A stretch of 62,245 nucleotides of DNA, from contig NC_068992.1 in NCBI RefSeq assembly GCF_001194135.2, forward strand, positions 60,370,351 to 60,432,595. Direction: 5' to 3'. Positions 51,585 through 62,245 of the stretch are shown in pieces; within the stretch, counting starts at the first letter, position 1, and every line of letters starts with the position of its first letter. The position numbers and the translations under genes are program-made. This DNA comes from Octopus bimaculoides. Taxonomy: Eukaryota. The notes beneath the pieces were generated by a model. It was not told where the DNA came from. It ran no database searches and saw only the letters and a program-made list of their open reading frames with translations.

Positions 51585-51928
51585 AGATAAAGGGAGTGAG
51601 AGAGAGAGAGAGAGGGAAGGAGAGCGACAAAGAAAGAGAGAGAGACAGAGACAGAGGTTATAATTTGTCAAAACGATTGACCTAAACACATTCCTTCTCA
51701 TCCACAGAGATATACTCACACATGTAAACAGAGAAAGAGAGAGGAAGAGAGAGAAGGGAGAGAGTGAGTGAGATGGAGAAGGAAAGAGAGACAACGAGAG
51801 GTAGAAAGAAAGAGAGGAGAGAAGGAGAGAGAAAGAGAGAGGGAAAAAGTAGAGCAAAGAGCTAGATACATTACACATACATATATAACTACATGTCTCT
51901 TTCACACACAGATAAATGCACTCCTAGG

Positions 51929-51970
<42 letters not shown>
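51585..51970. repeat. GA-rich (CT-rich on minus) low-complexity tract
   Basis: Directly visible. Confidence 0.9.
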
Positions 51971-51971
51971 G

Positions 51972-52003
51972 TGACTCAGCGACGTCAAATAAGCGGCGCC
52001 AAA
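51972..52003. promoter_or_regulatory. Promoter-like motif cluster: AP-1 TGACTCA (51972), CRE-like GACGTCA (51981), E2F-like GCGCCAAA (51996)
   Basis: Three motifs and several CpGs within 32 bp in AT-rich sequence, about 630 bp upstream of the candidate ATG. Confidence 0.4.
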
Positions 52004-53129
52004 ACAATTTTACTAAAAGCTCTCGTACTCATTGTGTGTAGGTATTTAATTTTGATTTAACCTTTCACATCGGGTAATCGCCAATAACCGAATAATCGAA
52101 AGTATATCGTTAGACAGAAATCAAGACTAATCAAATATGTATATTGTACCGTTTAATAAAAACAAAAAAAAATTAAATGTGAATATTTCACAATTTTTTT
52201 AGTAAAATGACATATTCAAAATTAATTAATATACTTCAAGAGTTAAAACTATTAACTTGAAAATTAATTTAAAGTAGATAAAGTAACAAAATAATGACAT
52301 TATCAATGTACGGTTACTCTGTCTTGAAATGGTTATTGAAGTTTTTCCGTATTATCACTGATTATCTGAAATAAAAGGAAAGTTAATTATTAATATGAAA
52401 TCGCAATTCATTAAAGTTTTTTTTTTGAATTTTTAATTAAAATGTATTTCAAACATAAGCACATTTTAAAAATTTGCAATTCGAATATTTTTGAAATCGA
52501 TTTAAAAATTATAAAAGCTTTATTTAATATAATAATGATGGCAGTCGTAAAAGACAGCTTAAACAGGACATAATTCTGTCGGTAGAATAGAAGAGTGGAG
52601 CTTGAAGTCCTGTCGGTGGAATAGCAGGAGTAATAAATCGGGTTATAGTATATTGATTAGACGTTAATAGAGTCATCTAATCAACTATCCACCCATTTAA
52701 TTTAGTAACTAGCCAGCCAACCACCCGACCAAACATGCTCCTATATGACCAATTACCAACCCATCTATCTGTCTTAGCAGCCATAAAGAAAAAGTAAAGA
52801 AAAGTACAAGTCATTGTCTATCTAGTTAATATTATGAATGCAGGCATGATTGTATGGTTAAAGAGATCACTTCGAAACTACCTGGCATCAGGATCGATCC
52901 CAGTTAGCAGCAACTTGAGTAAGTGTCAATCAGTCTGACGAAATCACAGATTGGCGAATTTTCCATGTCACTATCATGCTCTTCATTGTAAAATAATATG
53001 ATGCTCTACATAAATGTAATGAGTGAGCATTCAATTAGTGTTTGCTTTTATACATTACTATACATAGAAATAATTATTTGTATAGAGACTTGGAAACAGC
53101 GACTGCAATCAGTCAAAGACTCCGCATAC

Positions 53130-53535
53130 CGGATGTCAGTAGGTTTCAGGGATCATCAGGAGAAAATTAGGAGCCTTCCCTTCGACGGTTTTACGGCGTA
53201 CTGGTCCCCTCACTGATGTGAGGCCACACCTACTCTTTCGACTGATTAGTATTCACCCTTAAATCCATTTTAGGGTCATCACATCTCCAGCAAGGTTCCA
53301 TTATTCCTTTTCAGCCATATCTAATGCTTGGTTCTGTCAAATGTTGCCAAGATGTCTTTCGAGATGGCGTTTGCTTGACGATGTTTAACATCAAATGAAA
53401 GCAGCTACCGATTCCTTCTGATCCCAATAAAACCCCTACATGTCACTTCTACAGAAAAGTGGACTGCACACCATCCAACACCTGTACAGTCTTCCATCAG
53501 CGACTCATAACGCTCGTCTTCCCTAACCTGAGTTT
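53130..53535 (-). mobile_element. 5'-truncated Hero-like (RLE-type) non-LTR retrotransposon 3' end
   Basis: EDERYESLMEDCTGVGWCAVHFSVEVTCRGFIG...IWLK matches K..KY..L...C...GW.....PVEVGCRGF.G...WLWLKR. Confidence 0.8.
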
Positions 53536-53539
53536 ACTA

Positions 53540-53830
53540 GCATATGTACGTACGTACGTGCGTACGTACGTACGTACGTATGTATGTATGCATGTCTGTA
53601 TGTATGTGTGTGTGTATGTATGTATGTATGTATGCATGCATGCATGTATGTATCTTTGTATGTATGTATATATGTGTACGTATGTATGTATGTATGAATG
53701 TGTGTGCATGTATGAATGTGTGTATGTATGTATTATGTATGTATGCATGTATGTAGATAGGTATGTAAGTAGGTACATACACACACACATATATATACAT
53801 ATATGAGCATTATGAGCATTATATATGTAG
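53540..53830. repeat. (TACG)n/(TATG)n microsatellite field
   Basis: Directly visible. Confidence 0.93.
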
Positions 53831-54555
53831 GCAAAGATGTAGGTATGTACATATATGTATGAATATATGCATATGTTTATATATTATTTATATTATATAT
53901 ATATATATATACATGTATTTAGAATTGAACTTGGTGTGAAAGAATGTAGAATCTATTTGAATTGCTCGTCTGCATTAGCTTTACAACTAATTCCGTTCGG
54001 CAATCAATGCTCAATAAGTTGGCCTTTATACCTAAACTTCAAAAAGAAGAAAAAAAAATTAAATACAACAATAATTCAAACATTGTTAATATGTCTAATG
54101 TTACGTTTTGCTATGAAAGGTTTGAAAAATATCCTATATAAAATCACAATGCAAAAAAATTAATGATTTATAACCGTCTTTGTAAGATTGAACATCGTTT
54201 TAATCATAAGATAATAGGAGAACACATAATTAAAACTGTAAATAGCTTTCATTTGTTGTATAGACGTTAATTGATATTACTGTAAAGATAATGCAAGAGA
54301 TGTTAGGCGCTATCAATATCTGATATACTTCGTTAACTTAAACATGTTTTAATGATAAAGTATTGATGCTGAAGTTACATTTCGCTTCACAACGTAGTCT
54401 TCATTTGCATTTGACAGGATATAATCACCAAACAGAAGCTTCCGACTTAAAATTATATACTATACTATACTTATAGATCGATATATAAATTTTGTTAAGG
54501 AAAAGTAATTTGTCTGGTTGAATTTAAACAACACTGTTCTAAATACAATACATAC

Positions 54556-54599
<44 letters not shown>

Positions 54600-54819
54600 N
54601 NNNNNNNNNTGTATGTCTGTGTGTGTATATATATATATATATATACACGTACATACATATATTATACACACTCACATATATGTACATATATATAATTTCC
54701 TGAGCGTCCAATAATACTATCCATATCACGTCCTCACTTTGTTGTTTTTTTGTTTTTTTTGTTATTGTGTTTTTGAACTATATATGTATATATATATATT
54801 TGCATATTTATAAAAACAT

Positions 54820-54885
<66 letters not shown>

Positions 54886-54967
54886 TGATAATGGTCTTGT
54901 TATTATTATTATTATTATTATTTGTGTGATTATCATTATTATTGCTATTAGCATTAAAAAGAAATGA

Positions 54968-55309
54968 GTAAGGAGTGGCTGTGTGGTAAGTAGCTTGCTT
55001 ACCAGCCACATGGTTCCGGGTTCAGTCCCATTGCGTGGCATCTTGGGCAAGTGTCTTCTACTATAGCCTCGGGCCGACCAAAGCCTTGTGAGTGGATTTG
55101 GTAGACGGAAACTGAAAGAAGCCCGTCGTATATATGTATATATATGTATATATGTGTGTGTGTGTGTGTGTGTTTGTGTGTCTGTGTTTGTCCCCCTAGC
55201 ATTGCTTGACAACCGATGCTGGTGTGTTTATGTCCCCGTCACTTAGCGGTTCGGCCAAAGAGACCGATAGAATAAGTACTAGGCTTACAAAGAATAAGTC
55301 CCGGGGTCG
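54968..55309 (+). mobile_element. SINE family B, young, cut by gap N 55310-55645
   Basis: AGGAGTGGCTGTGTGGTAAGTAGCTTGC...GGGTTCAGTCCC...TTGGGCAAGTGTCTTCTACTATAGCC, internal (TA)(TG)n. Confidence 0.95.
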
Positions 55310-55959
55310 NNNNNNNNNNNNNNNNNNNNNNNNNNNNNNNNNNNNNNNNNNNNNNNNNNNNNNNNNNNNNNNNNNNNNNNNNNNNNNNNNNNNNNNNNNN
55401 NNNNNNNNNNNNNNNNNNNNNNNNNNNNNNNNNNNNNNNNNNNNNNNNNNNNNNNNNNNNNNNNNNNNNNNNNNNNNNNNNNNNNNNNNNNNNNNNNNNN
55501 NNNNNNNNNNNNNNNNNNNNNNNNNNNNNNNNNNNNNNNNNNNNNNNNNNNNNNNNNNNNNNNNNNNNNNNNNNNNNNNNNNNNNNNNNNNNNNNNNNNN
55601 NNNNNNNNNNNNNNNNNNNNNNNNNNNNNNNNNNNNNNNNNNNNNATATATATACATGCATATATATTTCTTTATATATATATATATATATTTATATTCT
55701 CTCTTATCTAAGTATAAGTGCAATTAAATTAAATTTAATATGTAAATAAAGTTGATTGAGCATTTTCGATTTTCTTTAAGGAATATATACTTTGAGTTTA
55801 TTGATATTTATGTTATTATGCAGATTTACTGGTAGAAGTATTTACAGCTAGACTTATGAAAATATTGAAATAAATCGAATTTATGGCGAGGATATAATAC
55901 AATGTTGCTTAATTACTAGAAATAATTAATAATTTCTGACAGAGAAATAAGTAGGATGG

Positions 55960-56420
55960 ATGTCCAATCGATTGTAGTGATCTCAGTAACCGATTGGTGT
56001 TCAGTTTTATTGATACCTGAATGATAAACGGCAAAATTGAGCTCGTGTGATTCGAACTCAAAATGTGAGCAGCTGCATGCATATTGTATTACAAATATTT
56101 CCAGTTGAGATATTTAAGAAGACGAGGTTAGGCGGTTGAATTGCTTTCAGTGTATGACTAGTACGTAATTGTATCGCTCCCGGAAGGTGGTAAAAATCAA
56201 AATTGACCTCGGTTTGATTTGAGCTCAGAACGGTAATATCTTGCAAAGACACAACAACTGATATTTGAGATTATATCAACTCTGTATTTGACAAGCACTT
56301 TAATATTTCAGCCTTTGAATAATGGAATGCATGTTGACCTAGCAGGATTCGAACGGAGAACGTAAAAAGCCGAGACGTAAGGTATTTTGTCCGACGTTCT
56401 AACGATTCTACTCGCCCACA
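55960..56420 (-). mobile_element. Three old SINE family A 5' halves in the same orientation
   Basis: TTGA(G/C)CT...ATT(C/T)GA.C...GAA motifs near 56040, 56205 and 56335. Confidence 0.55.
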
Positions 56421-57704
56421 ATCTTACGCCAATGAATTGTTTATAATGTAAGTTAAAAGGTTTGATGTTTTATGGGGCCGAAATTCGCATAACCTTTTGA
56501 ATGAAGCTGCTCATATTTGTAATGTCAACGAGATTTTCATGTCCTACACATCCAAAAGAAATGTACGGTAATCGAGATTAAAATATTTATTATTCGATTC
56601 ATCAACCAACTTAATAATAAATGATCTGAGTAACGAATGCAAGCCATATGTGCACAGAAGTTTTGATGTGTGTTATGTAAAATATGTACACTCTTTAAAT
56701 ATGTAATTGTTTAATGACAAATTGTCTAATCCGGTTTTTTGCCACGGATTTCGATTGTGGCTAAACCTTTAATTATTTCGGTTGTGGCTTAACCCAAGTT
56801 TAGCCCAGGTCAGATAGATCTTTGAACAAGGATATCTCAGCTGTAACTATTACTTTTCTATTTCAAACATAGTGTATATAGACTATATTATTCAATGCAT
56901 TTTAATTGTTTCTAAAAAGAACCCATCATATGTGACTGGAGAGTTATTTGACTGCTATTTCTTGAAGGTAGACCAGCTATATAGATGATTAGTTATTGGC
57001 AGGAGAAAACTTTGTATTATTGGCAAAGAAGATAAAGACGGAATTAACACATCGCTAGATTAATGGTCTCAGAGAGTTACTGAATAAATGACTATCAAGC
57101 AGGGTGATTGATTTTTCCATCGATGTCTTCTAATGTGCTTCTGTATTGATTAGTTTTGTTGCTTAGTCTCATGCCAGATCTGAATAAGTAGATATTTCAT
57201 CATGAGAATTCTGGCAGTGTCCATCACAACTTTTTGAATATCGAGGTTTACAGTCTAATGTGACTTTTAACATATTTTAGATGATGAGGTGTGATTTAAG
57301 TTAAGCGAGGTTGTTATTTCTATCGGGTCGAACGAGTATGTAGACGATCTATCGTTGGTTCAGTGAGTGAACTCTCCCTGTTAGACAGACCACCCGACTA
57401 CATACACAAATGTTTGTAACCGGGTATATTTGTCTAACAGCTGTGCCCATTTGTACAGCAGAAAAAAAAAGTAAAGTCTCCGAATGCCGAGACGTAGATT
57501 TATGCACAAGAATAAATCAAAGATCCACCTTAGTTTGTCTCCATTAATCAGATCATTTTTAAAGGAGGAGTCATTAGCTTAGCTAGAAAGAACAGTAGTA
57601 CATTGTGTTCTTCGAAATAACATGTACGACATGCACAACAAAACCATCATCAGAATATACAGAAGTACATACACAAAGTGGGCAAACGTGAGAATATACC
57701 GTCT

Positions 57705-58115
57705 TATATATTTTATGTTTCACTCGTTTCAGTATTTAGACTGTGGCCATGCTGTGGCACTGTCTTGAAGAATTTTTAGTCGAATGTATAGTTCCCAGTA
57801 CTTTTAAAGCCTAGTCCTTATTCTATCGTTTTCTTTTGCCGAAACGGTAAGATACAGGGATATACACACACCAACACCGGTTGTCAAGCGTTAGTGAGGG
57901 ACAAACAAAGATACAAAGACACACATCCACAGATATATAAATATATACATATACATGACGGGCTTCTTTCAGTCTCCGCCTATCAAATCTTCTCACAAGG
58001 CTTTGGTCAGCCCGACGAGGCTACAATAGAAAACACTTTCCCAAAGTGCCACGCAATGACAATGAACCTAGAACCATGTGATTGGGAAGCAAGTTTCTTA
58101 CCACACAGCCATGCC
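57705..58115 (-). mobile_element. SINE family B
   Basis: GACTGTGGCCATGCTG...GACGGGCTTCTTTCAG...TTACCACACAGCCATGCCTG. Confidence 0.9.
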
Positions 58116-58689
58116 TGATATATATATCCACACTATTAAGCTAAAACCCATGCAAATGAAACTGAATGAGCGAGTGTACTGTGATATAGGTTTCGTCCAC
58201 GATGAGACTCGGTGCTATCACGAATTTAAATTTGTAGATTACGTCTAATCTTTCAGCTGACACGCTGCGTACGACAGGACTACAGTTCAGGCGTAATATA
58301 AGGCTGTACAATAACTAAAATTACAAAAAGCTTATAAGGTAAATACGAAGGAAAATTATTGACATATTACATAATGTTAGATATCAAAGTTCTTAATATT
58401 ATTGTATATCTATTATAGGATACTTCACAGTATCGTAATTATTTTCAAAATGTGATTTCCACCGTATTGCTCGCAAAAGTGAAATTATTTATGTATTGTT
58501 TAATATATTATTTTTTACTGAAACAATTGATAAATATATATAAGCCTGGTTAACCATGCTCGATTGGCAAAGGCATATGATAAATACGCGTTATAGAAAG
58601 GTAAGAGCGAGCGAGAGATGGCTATATAGATGGATAAATGATAGATAGATAGAGGGGGGGCGAAGACAGGAACAGAGACTAAGTGAGAA

Positions 58690-58693
58690 ACAA

Positions 58694-58791
<98 letters not shown>

Positions 58792-59130
58792 CGGCGTCGA
58801 GGTTGTGACAATTTCATTTTACCAGCTCTGAGTTTTAGGTCTATTGCTCACGCCGCCATTGAAGCTACAAAGAAAGCAATTCATTCTTGTCCGATCTTTT
58901 CCCTTGAGAGGCTGATATAAGTGGAAAAGGGGTTTATCCATACATCAGTCATACTTTCATGTTTACATTTGACATAATCCGTTTCGCGAAAAGAGTCGAT
59001 ATACATCTGTGTATATGCATGAGTGTGTGTGTATGTACATGCGTGTATATATCTGTGTGTGTGTAAGTGTGTGTGTGTACATTGGAATAATCTATAAGCT
59101 GATATTGTGTGCATATATATGTATATATAC

Positions 59131-59181
<51 letters not shown>

Positions 59182-59630
59182 NNNNNNNNNNNNNNNNNNN
59201 NNNNNNNNNNNNNNNNNNNNNNNNNNNNNNNNNNNNNNNNNNNNNNNNNNNNNNNNNNNNNNNNNNNNNNNNNNNNNNNNNNNNNNNNNNNNNNNNNNNN
59301 NNNNNNNNNNNNNNNNNNNNNNNNNNNNNNNNNNNNNNNNNNNNNNNNNNNNNNNNNNNNNNNNNNNNNNNNNNNNNNNNNNNNNNNNNNNNNNNNNNNN
59401 NNNNNNNNNNNNNNNNNNNNNNNNNNNNNNNNNNNNNNNNNNNNNNNNNNNNNNNNNNNNNNNNNNNNNNNNNNNNNNNNNNNNNNNNNNNNNNNNNNNN
59501 NNNNNNNNNNNNNNNNNNNNNNNNNNNNNNNNNATATATATATATATATATGCAAAACATATACGTATATATATATACACAACACACGCACACGCACACG
59601 CACACACACACACACACACACACATGTACA
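58690..59630. repeat. (GA)n 58690-58788; (TG/TA)n fields and gap N 59182-59533
   Basis: Directly visible. Confidence 0.9.
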
Positions 59631-59989
59631 AATTCAGTGATATAAACGTTTACATTTTCGAATCAAACTGTTTGCATTAAGCTTCATTGTATATATTTTT
59701 CGCTTTCTGTCAGACACACAGACTTTACTTTAGTGTTTGAAGACCACGTAAATATACAAATTTATCAAATGTTCCGTGTGAAGTATTATCTGCCATCAAC
59801 AAATACAATAATACTGACAATAACATTTATAATTGAGATATATGGCATATATTTAGATAAATACATACTCGAGCTCTACCTTGTATATTGAAATGTGCGA
59901 TAAGTATACCCATGTTTATCAGAATGTATGTGAGTGTGTTAACATTTATACGTTTAAAAACCCAGTATTTCCATACTACCACATATAGC

Positions 59990-60170
59990 ATTATGCAGAA
60001 AGCGATCATTAGCACGCTGCTCGCATTCTTTTGCGGCATTTCGTCCCTCAATGCATTCCCTGTGCAAATTCTGCCGATGTTGACCTTGCCCTTCATTGTT
60101 TTGGGGTTGATAAAATAATCGACTAACAGCATTCCCCTAAGTTGGTGCCCTTCTGCAGAAATTTGGAACC
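59990..60170 (+). mobile_element. Old SINE family A
   Basis: GCGGCATTTCGTCC...AAATTCTGCCGATGTTGACCTTGCC.TTCAT. Confidence 0.65.
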
Positions 60171-60256
60171 CAATATTTATAGCTTTACATATTTCGCAAT
60201 CGACTCTTCAGAGAAATATATATGTATGTACGTGTATAAAATCTTATACATTCCTT

Positions 60257-60292
<36 letters not shown>

Positions 60293-60859
60293 NNNNNNNN
60301 NNNNNNNNNNNNNNNNNNNNNNNNNNNNNNNNNNNNNNNNNNNNNNNNNNNNNNNNNNNNNNNNNNNNNNNNNNNNNNNNNNNNNNNNNNNNNNNNNNNN
60401 NNNNNNNNNNNNNNNNNNNNNNNNNNNNNNNNNNNNNNNNNNNNNNNNNNNNNNNNNNNNNNNNNNNNNNNNNNNNNNNNNNNNNNNNNNNNNNNNNNNN
60501 NNNNNNNNNNNNNNNNNNNNNNNNNNNNNNNNNNNNNNNNNNNNNNNNNNNNNNNNNNNNNNNNNNNNNNNNNNNNNNNNNNNNNNNNNNNNNNNNNNNN
60601 NNNNNNNNNNNNNNNNNNNNNNNNNNNNNNNNNNNNNNNNNNNNNNNNNNNNNNNNNNNNNNNNNNNNNNNNNNNNNNNNNNNNNNNNNNNNNNNNNNNN
60701 NNNNNNNNNNNNNNNNNNNNNNNNNNNNNNNNNNNNNNNNNNNNNNNNNNNNNNNNNNNNNNNNNNNNNNNNNNNNNNNNNNNNNNNNNNNNNNNNNNNN
60801 NNNNNNNNNNNNNNNNNNNNNNNNNNNNNNNNNNNNNNNNNNNNNNNNNNNNNNNNNNN

Positions 60860-60960
60860 GAGAAAGTCTTTAACGTTTCGCGCCTACGCTCTTCGACAGA
60901 AAGGAACACAAAAATAAACAGAGAAAGAAAAAGAAAATAGTAAAGGTTTACTGGCTAGCG
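60860..60960 (-). mobile_element. Family H2 PLE-type repeat with hammerhead-like motif (60868-60903), cut by gap N 60293-60859
   Basis: Minus strand CTTT-CTGTCGA-A-GAGC(GTAG)GCGC-GAAA-CG-TT-AAAG. Confidence 0.75.
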
Positions 60961-60973
60961 ATCTATATATATG

Positions 60974-61004
<31 letters not shown>

Positions 61005-61489
61005 ATATATATGTATGTATATACATATAAACATACATACATGTGTGTGCACATATGTATAAGTTTATACATCGGTGTGTGTGTGTTTGTGTTTTCATGT
61101 TTCTGAGTGTATAAATATTTCTATGAAAATGTGTGCATTAATAATATACACATACACATACATACGTACATACACACACGCATACAAATGCACACACGCA
61201 CACACACATATGCACATCCACATGCACAAATGAGTGAATGTGTATGCATTTATATTTATTGACACACAGGGTTATCAAAAACAATGACCTTTAAGTACTT
61301 GGTCGTATTCCAATTTTCAGGAAAACATACGAAAGGAAACATATATGTGTGTGTATGTGTCTGTGTTTGTCTGTCGGTGTGTATGTAAATGTGTGTGCGT
61401 TTACAAACACGCATACTTTCTAAATGTCTGTGTGTGTGTGGTATATATTTACATATGAAATATATGCCAATTCGTCTCGTTCTTTATCA

Positions 61490-61557
<68 letters not shown>

Positions 61558-62245
61558 GTCTGTATATATGTATGTATCTATGTAACTATGTATGAATGTA
61601 AGTGTGTATGTATGCATAAAGATAGAACTAAAGTGTAAATTATATATTCTATCGTAGAATGCCTCAAAGCTCGTATGAAAAATTGAACTTCTAGATGGAA
61701 ATACAGACGCAAGAAAGCATACACAGAAACATACATACAATGGATGCACACAAAGCACATAGATACATGTATAATATATATAAATCTACGCTTCCCTTTA
61801 GAGATTTGCCAAAGTTAGTTGGATATTGCTAGATCTACTGACGCCATTGCATGATGAAATATCAACATTAAACAGAAGAATATCACTCGTGTATCTGTGT
61901 ATTTATTAGTTTCATGAAATTGCCTGGTATTAACAACATTCAACGGATACAAACACTTATATGGATATATATATACATATATAGATAAATAGATAGATAA
62001 TTAGATAGATAGAGAGATAGAGGGCTAGATGTACATATATATATATATATATATACAAATATATATAAGCATATACGCTTACAAGTACATATATGTGTAT
62101 ATGTATGTATGTATTTATGTATGTATATCGATATGTGATGTGTGTAGATATATATCAGCATATATATAATAGGAATAAATATATGAATCTATGTGTATAT
62201 TCAATAGAGAAACGCATACTTATATATATATATATATATATATAT
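61490..62245. repeat. (TCTA)n, (TATG)n, (GATA)n and terminal (TA)n simple repeats
   Basis: Directly visible. Confidence 0.85.

Noticed and set aside
53140-53165. Minus-strand CTGATGA-TCCCT-GAAA in the Hero 3' UTR as a hammerhead
   Set aside because: No stem II and no stem I complementarity.

Overview
AT-rich, microsatellite-dense animal genomic DNA with several N-gaps. It is most likely Octopus or another coleoid cephalopod, inferred from the repeat families and simple-repeat load rather than from a diagnostic gene. No complete protein-coding gene is recognisable. The best host-gene signal is a minus-strand first coding exon (51345-51187) under a promoter-like motif cluster; a few low-confidence downstream exon candidates may belong to it. 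Most of the window is transposon debris: at least five tRNA-derived or SINE-like families, a deleted Ty3/gypsy element, R4/Dong-like, Hero-like and CR1-like LINE ends, two Naiad-type Penelope-like (PLE) fragments, a near full-length mariner, two maT-like (DD37D-type) Tc1/mariner relics and a Chapaev3-like relic. The most interesting signal is a set of short non-coding elements carrying minimal type-I hammerhead-ribozyme-like folds of the PLE kind. One (12611-13045) has a Pol III tRNA-like head, a (TAA)n spacer, a hammerhead-bearing tail and an inverted partial tail copy upstream, suggesting a SINE mobilised by Penelope-like machinery. A second family (about 6790, 41700, 60870) has a different hammerhead-like fold with a variant core. 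All calls come from manual reading and translation; no database searches were run.
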